A DNA stretch of 64,000 nt, taken from positions 32,001-96,000 of the forward strand of contig CAXXJS010000021.1 in NCBI GenBank assembly GCA_963662665.2, given 5' to 3'. Below the pieces are notes generated by a model. It saw only the letters and a program-made list of their open reading frames with translations, had not been told where the DNA came from and searched no databases. A program made the translations under genes and the position numbers. This DNA is from Candidatus Latescibacterota bacterium. GTDB taxonomy: Bacteria > Latescibacterota > UBA2968 > GCA-2709665. Of this stretch, positions 31,039 through 41,072 are shown in pieces. Every line of letters begins with the position of its first letter. Position 1 is the first letter of the stretch.

Positions 31039-31155
31039 GTGTCCCGGTTCCGAAATTCGCCTGAGGCGCCATGCCGGAAGGTAAATGGACCGGGTTGCGG
31101 TATCAACCGGACGCGAACAGTCGGCTTAGCCTCTGCTGACCGGTCTACCTGAGAC

Positions 31156-31412
31156 TCACGACGGCTCGTGCTGATATCGCTCGGCGTTAATGTCCAGCAC
31201 TCTTCGAGTCATGCTCTGGTAGGATACGCCGTTCTGCCGCGCGCTTGCCTTGAAGAAATCGACGCTCCTCTTGTTTGGATTAAGGGTCACCCGTAGGTTT
31301 CCTCTCGCAGGACAAGCCGGTCGGGAGACGGCAGAAAGTCCGGAATTACCTCGGCCTGTTCGATTGCTCCCGCAAGTTTGGCAGATGCTTTTTCATATTT
31401 CATTTTGCTCAT
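31156..31412 (-). pseudogene. BrnA/CopG-like antitoxin, frameshifted
   Basis: Hand translation MSKMKYE...DFLPSPDRLVLREET then frameshift to VTLNPNKRSVDFFKASARQNGVSYQSMTRRVLD; 257 nt; no toxin beside it. Confidence 0.7.
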
Positions 31413-31462
31413 AACGCTTTCTTCCTTCCCGCCAATAACCGGCGCCGAAAATGCGTTGGCTG

Positions 31463-32791
31463 CTATCGGTGGTGGAATCCGTGGTTAATATCCAGCCGGA
31501 CGCCTATTACCAATGCGTTCTCGAGTCCCGGATCAGCGCCCGGATTGAGGATGTATTGGAGGTCCGGCTGGACCTGCAATATGTCGCTGATCCGAAGAAC
31601 ATACGTGAACTCAAATGCGGTCTCATGGCTTTCCGCGCCGGCAGCAGCGCGAAAATCCGCGCTGCACCGCGCCATGGCCATGGATATCCCAACCTGGTCG
31701 TCCGGCCTGTGCGGGACGAATCCGGACATCACCATCCCGGCGCCGAAGTACCTATCGAAGGGATTGAGCGCGCCGTTGGCGGTTCCTAAGCGAATGAAAG
31801 CCGATGTGCTCCGTCCGTCGGCGTCCGTGTTGGTCGCGCCTTCGGCAAATCCATACCATCCGGCATTCCCGTCCCGGCGCACCGGATTACCCGTGGCGTC
31901 GGTCTCTCGAATCGCTTCGAAGTCGGCGCTATAAGAGAATGCGCCGAGACCCATCCGCCAGGCGCCGAAGAATTCTCGTGTGTACTCGAAGGCATGTAAG
32001 ACGCCCTCGCGGCTGCTCAGCTTGACTGCGGTGGCCGACGGATTATCGGGGTCGCCGGGTACCGCATCGAGCAACGCATATCGCACCAGATTGTTTCCGG
32101 AATTCCACTCGAGTCGCGCGGTCAGCGACGTCGCCGGAAAAATCGACGGACCGTTTTCTCCGGTCTGGGAATAGGTGGGTATGATTCCGTGAGAACTGTT
32201 CAGGAATAACGCCGCCGAATCAACGGCGTCGAATTCGCTGTTGAGATCGTAGAGTCCGAACTTCAGGTTCAGCCGTTCCGTAAAGAGATGTTGGTACCAG
32301 AACTCGTAAAGTCGGAACGCCTGCTCCACGTCGATGTTGGAGACAACCTGCGCGTCGCCGGGGTATCGATCCGAAAACGTCGACGCGTTGTTCCAGAGCA
32401 GATACGCGAACAACGTCCCGCCCCCACTTCCAAATATCCGCCCAAGGTCGAACGTGAGAATCGCATCGACGTTCTGCAGATAGGCCGAGCCGTTCCGGAT
32501 GCCGCCGGAGGCGTTTCGAAGCAAATCCGCGACATACCCGACTTCGGCGGAGACTGCTTTGCCGCCTGCCTCCGTTTCAGCGCGCACGGGGACGGGGACC
32601 AAGCCGATCATCAGCATACAGACAACCAGACGGAGCAATCCGGCTTTCGATCCAACAGTGGCCGTTTTCCGTCCATACCAGGAGGCGGCAATGAATCGAC
32701 GCGGAACAGCGTGTTTCAAGGTGCGCTTGTTCCGGTGCTTCTGATGCGCGGCGGATGAATTCGGAGTCATGATCTCAGCGATCGTCCTCAT
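31463..32791 (-). CDS. oprB: Carbohydrate-selective porin, OprB family
   Basis: GDAQVVSNID, LYEFWYQ, GLYDLNSEFD, QPDLQYILNPG; true start probably downstream of 32791. Confidence 0.82.
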   Translation of the reverse strand: MRTIAEIMTPNSSAAHQKHRNKRTLKHAVPRRFIAASWYGRKTATVGSKAGLLRLVVCMLMIGLVPVPVRAETEAGGKAVSAEVGYVADLLRNASGGIRNGSAYLQNVDAILTFDLGRIFGSGGGTLFAYLLWNNASTFSDRYPGDAQVVSNIDVEQAFRLYEFWYQHLFTERLNLKFGLYDLNSEFDAVDSAALFLNSSHGIIPTYSQTGENGPSIFPATSLTARLEWNSGNNLVRYALLDAVPGDPDNPSATAVKLSSREGVLHAFEYTREFFGAWRMGLGAFSYSADFEAIRETDATGNPVRRDGNAGWYGFAEGATNTDADGRSTSAFIRLGTANGALNPFDRYFGAGMVMSGFVPHRPDDQVGISMAMARCSADFRAAAGAESHETAFEFTYVLRISDILQVQPDLQYILNPGADPGLENALVIGVRLDINHGFHHR

Positions 32792-32877
32792 TAAACCGCT
32801 CAGCTGAAATTCCCGGCGGAAGCCGCGTGTACCGGTCCACGACCAGGTGTCTGAAGGCCCGTTTTGCGAATATTGCC

Positions 32878-33792
32878 TTAAAACGTGAGTTCGAAGTTGC
32901 GCACGCTGTAACCCGCGAATATACCGTACCCGTTCTCAATATTGCTGTGAATTCTCACCGGTTCGGCAAAAGGGTTGTCGTCCGTGGTATCATGTAGGAG
33001 GGCGCTCTTCAGGTGTCTGTAATATGCTTCGCTGATGTAGCGGACCTGGACCCAGATTACACGCTCCAGGCTCGCCTCAACAAAAAGGTCAACGGACGAA
33101 AGGTCGATTTGGTGCGACTCTCCGTCAAACAGGGCGTCGCTGAAAAACGGCTCGGAACCCACAAACGGCTCGACGCCTTCGAGAACAGGATCTTCGATCC
33201 GATTGTCGGCGATGATGGATGGATCTCTCGTGGAAAAGCGCAGGTCGCGCCTTCCCGATCGATCTGGAGCAATGACCCGAATCTGATATCGGTTTTCCTC
33301 GCCGGGTGGATCCTGAATCTGAAGGGTGATCCGGAAATCCGTTATCGTGGTCACGCCGGGTCCCCCGGGAGCAGGAACGGAGGTCTCGACGCGATACGAT
33401 TTGATGGACGTCGGTACGGGTGGGGGCGCGCTGTCAGTCGCATGGACGGTCTCGAAGCCCGGCGCTGATACCCGCAGCGAGTAGGACTTGCCCGATTGCA
33501 GGGGTTTTTCGCTTGCATACACCCTTTCTCGCTGGAGAAAGAGCAGCCGGTCGATGATCCGGCTATCTGAAAGCAGTTCCACGCTGGCGCCGGTAATCAG
33601 GCGTTCGGGTCCGGGAGCGGGGTCCTGGATGCCTACGGACCGACTGACGGAAGCCGCCCAACCGCCGTCCGGCGTAAAGAATGCCTTAATCACCAGTCGA
33701 GGCGTGTGTTCGGGCAATTCCGGGTTGATGATTAGTTCGCACGCGGTGAATGCGATTGCGAAGATCGTAATTGTGATGCATTTCTTCTTCAT
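32878..33792 (-). CDS. DUF4249-family lipoprotein
   Basis: Lipobox FTAC; QDPPGEENRY, FSDALFDG, EPVRIHSNIENGYGIFAG. Confidence 0.82.
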   Translation of the reverse strand: MKKKCITITIFAIAFTACELIINPELPEHTPRLVIKAFFTPDGGWAASVSRSVGIQDPAPGPERLITGASVELLSDSRIIDRLLFLQRERVYASEKPLQSGKSYSLRVSAPGFETVHATDSAPPPVPTSIKSYRVETSVPAPGGPGVTTITDFRITLQIQDPPGEENRYQIRVIAPDRSGRRDLRFSTRDPSIIADNRIEDPVLEGVEPFVGSEPFFSDALFDGESHQIDLSSVDLFVEASLERVIWVQVRYISEAYYRHLKSALLHDTTDDNPFAEPVRIHSNIENGYGIFAGYSVRNFELTF

Positions 33793-33808
33793 TGAGGCGC
33801 GCCGGTGT

Positions 33809-36268
33809 TCAGAATTTGAACCGGTAACTGATCCACGGCAAAACCGGAAACAGGGTCACCTGTTTGGCCTGGTACTCCCTGGAATCCGTCTGGGGGTCAC
33901 GGTAATCGTCGAAATAGATGAAATAGGGGTTCTTTCGATTATATGCGTTGTAGGCGCCCACGCGGAATCCGTGCCTCGACCAGTCGAAGTTGAACCCCAG
34001 GTCAATACGATGGTAGGCGGACATTCGGAAGCCGTTGCGTTGTTCGTAGATTCTGGTCTCAAAGGGCAGCACGCGAGGAGTCCAGAGTTCATGACCGCCA
34101 ATTGATCCCCTTACGTACTCGTCATAGTATCTTGCGACGGGTAGGGTCACCGCATTACCGGTTCCGTACACCCAGTTTATCGAGGCGCTCGTGATGCGCG
34201 ACAGTTGATGGGTCAGGACCACGGCCACGTCGTGCCGGCGGTCGTAGCGAAAGGGAAAGGCGCGGCCTTCATTCAGTTCGGTGAAACGGCGCCTGGTCCA
34301 TGATAGCGTGTACCCGACCCAACCCGCTGTGCGGCCGCGCTTTTTCTGCAGAAACAGTTCGACGCCGTAGGACCATCCACGCCCCGTTTCCACCTTGTCC
34401 TGCCAGTCCTGCTGCTCGCCGAACCCCGCCAGAAAGGTCGCGCCTTCCCGGTACTCGATCAGGTCGGTCATCGTTTTGTGATAGGCCTCCACGCTGAATT
34501 CGTACTGTCCCTTTTTCAATGTGCCCGCCAGGCCGAGGCCGTACTGGCGAGACCCCTCGGGACGCGCGCGTTCGGTGGCAGGAAGCCACAGGTCGGTCGG
34601 GAGCCCTATGGTGCTGTTGGAAAGCAGATGAATATACTGGCGCATCCGGGCGTAGGACGCTTTAAGGGCCCACCGCGGATTCAACAGAAAACGCGTCGAA
34701 ACGCGGGGTTGCAGGGATCCGAAGCGCGAGTTGCCCACAGAGAAGCCGGAGGCGTGCAGCCCCACGTTGGCGCTCAACCGTTTTGACAGTCGGACATCGT
34801 CCTCCAGGTACAGGCCGATCTCTACGGCGTCCGTCGCCCGGGCGGCGCCAAGTGTTGTATCCTCCGGGGCGCCGCCTGCGGGGTTGAATCTGTACTGTGC
34901 CGCTCCGGGGCTGTACGTGTGGTAGGTGCCGTTGCCGCCAAAGCGGATATAGTGGGCCGGATTGGGAATGTAGTCGAGATCCAGCTTAAGGCCGAAGTCG
35001 CGGATGCCTGAGTGGTAGCGCAGGCTGAGCGTCTCGGTCTCGTGGACGTCCCCGTCACTTGTGGCGGATCGATCGTCGATATTCGAAGTAAGCTTATAGC
35101 GGCTGAAGATCGTGGTGAGGTTGCCGAAGAGCCGGTTGCTGAAGAGGATATTCCAGCGCAGCGTCGAAGTGAAATTGCCCCAGCCGAAATTCGCCGACGT
35201 CGTCTCTTCGCCGCGATAGGCGCCGGAGGCGTAGTCGTCCTGGATGTCACTCCAGAAACGGTCGTCGCCGCCGTAAAGGCTCAGGAAAACACGGTTTCGG
35301 GGCGACAGGACATGGTTCAACTTGGCATTGATATCGTAGAAATAATAGCCGCCCCGCTCGTTGGGATCCAGAAAGGGGCGGATCAGCAGATCGATATACG
35401 TCCGCCGTGCCGAAACGATGAATGACGTCCGGTCCTTGCGTATCGGACCCTGCAGGGTCACCTGGGAAGCCACAAGACCGATGGAGCCCTCTACCTCGAA
35501 CGCCTGCATGTTGCCGTCCTTCATGGCTACCTCCAGGACGGAAGAGAGGCGCCCGCCGAAACGTGCAGGAAATCCTGCCTTTGTGAGTTGTACGTTCTTG
35601 ACGGCGCTGGTATTGAAGACAGAGAAAAAGCCGAAGAGGTGGGAGGCGTTGTACACCGGGGCGTCGTCGAGCAGGATGAGATTCTGATCCGGACCGCCGC
35701 CCCGGACGTAAAGGCCGCTCATCCCCTCGGCGCCGGACTGGACGCCCGGAAGAAGCTGCATGGTTTTCATCAGATCGACTTCGCCCAGGAGGACGGGCGC
35801 CTTCTCAATCTGGCTGACCGGGACATCGACAACACCCATCCGTGTCTGCTCCTGGATCGGATCCACCTGTTCGGCCTTTACCTCTATGGCTTGCATTTCC
35901 AGGGCAAGCGGCTTCAGGGCGAATTCCACGCGAATGTCGCGTTCCAGGCGGATTGACAGGGTGTCGCTCCGAAACCCGATGTAGGAAACGACAATCTGAA
36001 GCGAATCCGCCGGCAGGGTCAGGCTGAAGAAGCCATAGCGATTTGTCGTGGCGCCTTGCTGTAGGGTGGGTTCGTACAATGAGGCGCCGATCAGCTGCTC
36101 GCCGTTCGAGGCATCCGAGACGTGCCCGCTGATGGTGTGTTCCGCCGGGGGCTGGGCGTTGGCCCCGAAGACACAGCCAAACCAGAAGATCGACATCCAT
36201 GCGACGCGCGTCTTCCGAAACGCCCGATTCAGGTTGACGGCCGCGAGGTGAGTGAAGGATGAGTGCAT
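33809..36268 (-). CDS. TonB-dependent receptor with N-terminal carboxypeptidase-regulatory-like domain
   Basis: TISGHVSD..GEQLIGA; QLLPGVQ; YVRGGGPDQNLILLD; C-terminal YRFKF. Confidence 0.9.
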   Translation of the reverse strand: MHSSFTHLAAVNLNRAFRKTRVAWMSIFWFGCVFGANAQPPAEHTISGHVSDASNGEQLIGASLYEPTLQQGATTNRYGFFSLTLPADSLQIVVSYIGFRSDTLSIRLERDIRVEFALKPLALEMQAIEVKAEQVDPIQEQTRMGVVDVPVSQIEKAPVLLGEVDLMKTMQLLPGVQSGAEGMSGLYVRGGGPDQNLILLDDAPVYNASHLFGFFSVFNTSAVKNVQLTKAGFPARFGGRLSSVLEVAMKDGNMQAFEVEGSIGLVASQVTLQGPIRKDRTSFIVSARRTYIDLLIRPFLDPNERGGYYFYDINAKLNHVLSPRNRVFLSLYGGDDRFWSDIQDDYASGAYRGEETTSANFGWGNFTSTLRWNILFSNRLFGNLTTIFSRYKLTSNIDDRSATSDGDVHETETLSLRYHSGIRDFGLKLDLDYIPNPAHYIRFGGNGTYHTYSPGAAQYRFNPAGGAPEDTTLGAARATDAVEIGLYLEDDVRLSKRLSANVGLHASGFSVGNSRFGSLQPRVSTRFLLNPRWALKASYARMRQYIHLLSNSTIGLPTDLWLPATERARPEGSRQYGLGLAGTLKKGQYEFSVEAYHKTMTDLIEYREGATFLAGFGEQQDWQDKVETGRGWSYGVELFLQKKRGRTAGWVGYTLSWTRRRFTELNEGRAFPFRYDRRHDVAVVLTHQLSRITSASINWVYGTGNAVTLPVARYYDEYVRGSIGGHELWTPRVLPFETRIYEQRNGFRMSAYHRIDLGFNFDWSRHGFRVGAYNAYNRKNPYFIYFDDYRDPQTDSREYQAKQVTLFPVLPWISYRFKF

Positions 36269-36477
36269 GCCGTGTATCGAATAGAAGAGTCAAGGGTCGG
36301 CGTACGGCGCGAAGTCAGACGGTCGAAATCCGGAGGCCGCGGTTGTCGCCGCAGAATTCCGGACGCAGTTCCCAAGGAGGGCCTGCCGAAGTCATAGAGC
36401 GAAATCGGCCCCATTCCGGCAATACCGAATAGGTTGCTCCACGACCGCCGGGCGTCTGGTTCTCCGGCGTATCGGCA

Positions 36478-36900
36478 CTAACTGGAATCGAGAACGAGAC
36501 GAAAACCGCGGTTTCCGGCGGCCCGATAGGTCGAAAAGCCGCGGCGGTCGAGGGTGGCGACGTCGAAGCATTTCAGATGTTCTGCCAGCAGCACCAGGGT
36601 GGAGTCGGCGTAATCCATCGGCGTATCCGCGTATTTTTCCATAAGCGTTGCGCACGCGCGCAGGGCCGGGGGCTGAGTGAAGTCGAACACCCGAATGCGG
36701 GCCGACGTGACAAATTCAGAAAGCAATCGGGGACCGGACCGGCTATCCCCTACGAAATGCATCGCTTCGGTGAGGACTGCGCCGGTCGTACAGAATTGTC
36801 CCTTGAAGGCGTCGAGTGCGTCCCCCACGTCCCGATGAGCGGGGTCCCCGGCATTCAGATAGGCGACCAGCGGACCGGTATCCAGCAGCCAGACCGTCAT
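36478..36900 (-). CDS. vapC: VapC-family PIN toxin
   Basis: LLDTGPLVA, LTEA, MDYADS, TLDRRGF; intact. Confidence 0.88.
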   Translation of the reverse strand: MTVWLLDTGPLVAYLNAGDPAHRDVGDALDAFKGQFCTTGAVLTEAMHFVGDSRSGPRLLSEFVTSARIRVFDFTQPPALRACATLMEKYADTPMDYADSTLVLLAEHLKCFDVATLDRRGFSTYRAAGNRGFRLVLDSS

Positions 36901-37130
36901 CGGCGCCAGTTCCGTTCACGAAGGCGACTGCGCCAGGCGTCGGAATCGGGGCCTGCCAGTTCGAGACGTCCCTTTAGATGTCCGGCGCGTTGTGCCAGCG
37001 GACGTTCGGAAATGGCGTCTGCGAGAAGCCGGCGCACCAGTTCCGAAACCGTTAATCCCTGCGCCCGGGCGCGTTCTTCCAGGGCTTCCCGCATGGCCCG
37101 GTCGGTCCGTACCGTCAGTGTCGTATTCAT
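36897..37130 (-). CDS. vapB: RHH/CopG-type antitoxin
   Basis: TLTVRTD..LEERARAQGLTVSELVRRLL; ATGA overlap with vapC. Confidence 0.82.
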   Translation of the reverse strand: MNTTLTVRTDRAMREALEERARAQGLTVSELVRRLLADAISERPLAQRAGHLKGRLELAGPDSDAWRSRLRERNWRR

Positions 37131-37166
37131 GTATTACATTATACGACACTGTAATACAATCTGCAA
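37131..37166 (-). promoter_or_regulatory. Leaderless vapBC promoter with palindromic operator
   Basis: TTGCAG-17 nt-TATAAT-7 nt-ATG; inverted repeat GTATTACA-N11-TGTAATAC overlapping the -10. Confidence 0.75.
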
Positions 37167-37333
37167 ATACAATTCCGGGAAATTCGCTTATTCCATTGCA
37201 GGCTGTATATTAGTGAGATACCTGTGCGGGATCCTCGCTGCCGACCGACACGCCATCAACCAAAGCGAATCCCCGCCGTGATGCCGGGGAAGAGGACATC
37301 CCAATCCAGGTCCCGCATCGTTCCACGAATAGT

Positions 37334-38212
37334 TCACACATCCACGCCGGCCCGCCGTAGCAAATCCGGTATCATACCCGTGAATTCATCCCTGGCCCGA
37401 TGACTCCTGTCGCGGAACCGGACGATGAGGTCTTTCACGAGCGGAGAGACCTCCAGCGGCACCCCGAGTTCTTCACCGAGCGCAACGCCCAGCCGCATAT
37501 CCTTCACGGCAAGTTCAGCGGTCGAGCCCATTCGGCCGTCGTTCAGGAACAGGGAGAGCGTGCGTTCGAAAATACGACTTTGACCCATACTCGCCTTCAC
37601 CGAATCCAGAAGCAGGTGCAGGTCGACTCCTGCCCTCGCGCCCATGGCCACGCCTTCACACACGCCGGCGAAGTTTACAAACATCATCAGGTTATTGATC
37701 AGCTTGACCACGCTCCCTGATCCGGCCTGTCCGACGTGAACGATCCTGTCGCCGACACACGCCAACACCTGCTGCACGCGCCGCAGATCCTCCGATTCAC
37801 CCCCGACGAACAGGGTGAGCGTCCCGTCACGCGCGCCGACGATGCCACCGCTGACCGGGGCATCGAGCACGCCGATGCCGCGTTCCGCACCGAGTGCGGA
37901 AATGCGGCGCATCACGGCCGGTGCGACGGTGCTCGCGTCGACGTAGGTCGATCCCCCGGAAAGACCGGCAAACACGCCTTCGTCACCCAACGCCACGTCC
38001 TCGACGGTCTCGCCATCCGGCAGCGACGACACCACCACCTCGGACCGAACCGCCACCGCCTTCGCGTTGTCAGCCCAGGCAGCGCCCGCCGACTCCAGGT
38101 CGCGGCCGGTGTGACGTCGGGAATCGTGGATGGTCAGTTCGTGACCGGCGCGGAGAATATTGGCCGCCATCGGCTGCCCCATGTTTCCCAGGCCGATGAA
38201 TCCGACTCTCAT
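37334..38212 (-). CDS. NAD(P)-dependent beta-hydroxyacid dehydrogenase (3-hydroxyisobutyrate DH family)
   Basis: GFIGLGNMG, LDAPVSGG, KLINN. Confidence 0.9.
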   Translation of the reverse strand: MRVGFIGLGNMGQPMAANILRAGHELTIHDSRRHTGRDLESAGAAWADNAKAVAVRSEVVVSSLPDGETVEDVALGDEGVFAGLSGGSTYVDASTVAPAVMRRISALGAERGIGVLDAPVSGGIVGARDGTLTLFVGGESEDLRRVQQVLACVGDRIVHVGQAGSGSVVKLINNLMMFVNFAGVCEGVAMGARAGVDLHLLLDSVKASMGQSRIFERTLSLFLNDGRMGSTAELAVKDMRLGVALGEELGVPLEVSPLVKDLIVRFRDRSHRARDEFTGMIPDLLRRAGVDV

Positions 38213-38362
38213 GCGAATCCTTTCCCTTAGAAGCTGTTTTAAAATACCCAGCGGTCTTCTCGCGGCTGCAAAAGCGCCGTTCGGCGTTGGCCAAATCCAC
38301 CCGTATTACAAGGTCGAGGCTGCGCTCGCTCGCCTCTCATAGTCGAATTTTCCCGTTCTTAA

Positions 38363-38752
38363 TCACCGCTGTTCGTCGTGGGTGTCGAATTCGGCTGGCA
38401 TGGTGATCTCGATCACTTCCCAATCATCTGAGTATTCGAGGACTTCATGCCTGATACCCGGAGGCTGATACCAGGCATCACCCGCTTCGACCCGAATTTC
38501 GCCGATGTCCTCGAAGTAGAGGCGGGCCCAACCGTTGATCAGGTAGACCATCTGAAATTCCAGGTCGTGCGAGTGATAACCCAGCGGGCCCGTGCAGGGT
38601 TCGTGAGCGCGGATAATATGGGCCAGCACACGACCCTCCGTCGCATCCTTGATACCCAGATCGCGATAGCTGAAATACGTACGCAAACCCTGCTGTATCC
38701 AGCGGGCATCTTTGGCGTGGGCGGCAAACGACTTGACCTTTTTCTCAGACAT
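38363..38752 (-). CDS. Cupin-domain protein
   Basis: YRDLGI, HSHDLEFQ, YQPPGIRH. Confidence 0.85.
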   Translation of the reverse strand: MSEKKVKSFAAHAKDARWIQQGLRTYFSYRDLGIKDATEGRVLAHIIRAHEPCTGPLGYHSHDLEFQMVYLINGWARLYFEDIGEIRVEAGDAWYQPPGIRHEVLEYSDDWEVIEITMPAEFDTHDEQR

Positions 38753-38844
38753 CGTGGAATCCCCTTTCTTCGTGGTGGTATCCATTTATGGTCGGCTTGA
38801 TTCTGACGACGGAGTTCCCGGGCGCCATCCGACCTGAAAGCGTC

Positions 38845-39852
38845 TCACGGGTTCCACACCTGCTCGAAAAGGCGCATCCAGTTGCCGCCGAGCAGTTTCG
38901 TGATCTCTCCGGCGTTATAGCCCCGGTTGACAAGCGCCTCAGCGATGTTCGGAAACTCGGACGACGTGGCGATTCCGCCGGGCTGAAAGCTCAGTTCGGT
39001 GTACGGGAGCGAGCCGTCCGCAAACGTGGATGGGAATTTCGTGCCCTGTTGCGATCCAATGTAGTGCCAGAATTCGAGGGGTTGATCGTGGGTGGAATCC
39101 GTGCCGATGGCGACGTGGTCGACGCCGATCCGTTCTACCATATCGTCGATGGCGTCAACGAAATCTTCCACCGTGGATTCGAATCTCCGGGGAAGGAAGG
39201 GCGCGAAGGAAGTTGCGCCCACGACGCCCCCTTTTTCAGCCAGGCGTTTCAACGCGTCTTCTTCTTTGTTTCGCGGATGGTCACAGAAACTTCGCGCGTT
39301 GGCATGGGAGATGGCGACGGGCTGTTCGGAGGTTTCGATGGCGTCCAGTGTCGTCCGGCGTCCCACGTGCGACAGATCGATGAGAATGCCGAGCCGGTTC
39401 ATCTCCCGCACCGCATCGACACCGAAATTGCTGAGTCCCGCGTCGTTTCGTTCCCAGCACCCGCTGCCCAGCAGATTCGTCTCGTGATAGGTGAGCTGAA
39501 TCACCCTCACGCCAAGCGCCAGGAACAACCCCAGGCGGTCGAGTTCGTTCTCGATCGGCGAAGCGTTCTGAAAGCCGAGAATGATCCCGGTCTTTTTCAT
39601 CTGCTTGGCGGCGCGGATGTCGTCCGTCGTTTTCACCTGCAGGATGTCGTCTCGCTCCCGGAACCGGCGCATCCACGCCGCAAGATGCGCCATGGTCTGG
39701 ATGAAGTTCTCCCACGTGGACACGGTCGCGTTGATCGCCGTGAAATTGCCGGCGCGGAGTTCCCGGAATACTGCATCGCTGTTCCAGTTGCAGACGCTCA
39801 GCCCGTCGATCACCATTGCGCCATCGTAGATTTCCCTCGGATGCATTGTCAT
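38845..39852 (-). CDS. Membrane dipeptidase family (M19) amidohydrolase
   Basis: IQLTY, EMNRLGILIDLSH, SHAN, HPRNK, IGTD, LLGGNW. Confidence 0.88.
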   Translation of the reverse strand: MTMHPREIYDGAMVIDGLSVCNWNSDAVFRELRAGNFTAINATVSTWENFIQTMAHLAAWMRRFRERDDILQVKTTDDIRAAKQMKKTGIILGFQNASPIENELDRLGLFLALGVRVIQLTYHETNLLGSGCWERNDAGLSNFGVDAVREMNRLGILIDLSHVGRRTTLDAIETSEQPVAISHANARSFCDHPRNKEEDALKRLAEKGGVVGATSFAPFLPRRFESTVEDFVDAIDDMVERIGVDHVAIGTDSTHDQPLEFWHYIGSQQGTKFPSTFADGSLPYTELSFQPGGIATSSEFPNIAEALVNRGYNAGEITKLLGGNWMRLFEQVWNP

Positions 39853-39865
39853 TGGAATACCCCCA

Positions 39866-40996
39866 TTAGTCAAATCGGTTTCCGATCCTGAACGTATCGC
39901 CCAGGGGGTTCTCCCGGTCTTCCATCGCGTCGGCAATTACGGGACCGATGGCGCCGCCGAATTTGAACCCATGGCCGCATCCGCATCCGGCAATCAACAC
40001 CCGTTCGAATCCCTGCGCCCAGTCGATGACGAACGCCTCGTCCGTCATATCGGCCATGTTCGTGTACAGGCAGGACCGGCCCCCGACGAGTTTCGCCTCG
40101 CTCAGGCCGGGGATGCGCCGGGCGACGAATTCACGGGCCCATGCCAGAAATTCGGGCGTCGGGTCACGTGAGACGTCGACCTGAGCATCGTCCAGCTTGC
40201 TGTCTTCCGCCACCTTGACGAACCCCTCGTGCAGATATGGAAACCCGTACCACAGGTTGCCGGGCGAAACGATCGACCACACCGGAAAACGGGACCGCTC
40301 GAACGGCCCGGGGTCGTCGGGTGCGAAGAAGGCCATCTGCTGCCGCGTGACGCGTACGCGTTTCTTCATCGCGGGAAGGAGTTCGGCCACCCATGGACCG
40401 GCGGCTACGACCGCACGGTCGAACTCCATCCATTCCGCGCCTGTTCGGACTCTGGCCCGGCCACCCGTCTCTTCCACCGCGGTGACGAGCGTATTTTCAA
40501 GAACGGTCACGCCCGCTTCACGCGCCAGCGTCGACAGGTCCGCCAGCGCCTGTCCGCTTCGCAGGTACCCGGCCCACGGGTCGAAGAACAGCCGGTCCTC
40601 GTCGCTGACGGTGAACTGCGGAAACCGCTCTTGGACCTGGCTGGCGGTGAGTTCATAGACGTCCCTCGTCAACCGGCTCAGGGTTTCCCAACCCGCGTGG
40701 GCCTCGTGATCCGAATCCAGGTCGCGCGCGACGATCAGCTTGCCATTCTGGAAATAGATCGACCCGCTGGTGCGGTTGTGCCACGCCCGCCACTGCGCCG
40801 CGGACCGGGTCACGAGTTCCACGTATACCTCGTTCGGGTACATCGTGCGCCGGATGACTTTGGAGACATCGGTGCTCGACGCGTCCGGGTTGGGAATTTC
40901 ACCACGCTCGATCAGCGTGACGTCATGACCGCGGTTACGCAACTCCAGGGCGGCGGCCATGCCGAAGATCCCTGCGCCGACAATACAGACATTCAT
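39866..40996 (-). CDS. FAD-dependent oxidase (monomeric sarcosine/fructosyl-amine oxidase family)
   Basis: VGAGIFG, SSTDVSKVIR, CLYT, GHGFKF. Confidence 0.85.
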   Translation of the reverse strand: MNVCIVGAGIFGMAAALELRNRGHDVTLIERGEIPNPDASSTDVSKVIRRTMYPNEVYVELVTRSAAQWRAWHNRTSGSIYFQNGKLIVARDLDSDHEAHAGWETLSRLTRDVYELTASQVQERFPQFTVSDEDRLFFDPWAGYLRSGQALADLSTLAREAGVTVLENTLVTAVEETGGRARVRTGAEWMEFDRAVVAAGPWVAELLPAMKKRVRVTRQQMAFFAPDDPGPFERSRFPVWSIVSPGNLWYGFPYLHEGFVKVAEDSKLDDAQVDVSRDPTPEFLAWAREFVARRIPGLSEAKLVGGRSCLYTNMADMTDEAFVIDWAQGFERVLIAGCGCGHGFKFGGAIGPVIADAMEDRENPLGDTFRIGNRFD

Positions 40997-41072
40997 GGGC
41001 ACTCTCTTGAATCGGGGTTGGCGGGTTTGGCGGCCGGGCGGCGCCGGCCGTGTTCGGACGATCGAACTCCGT

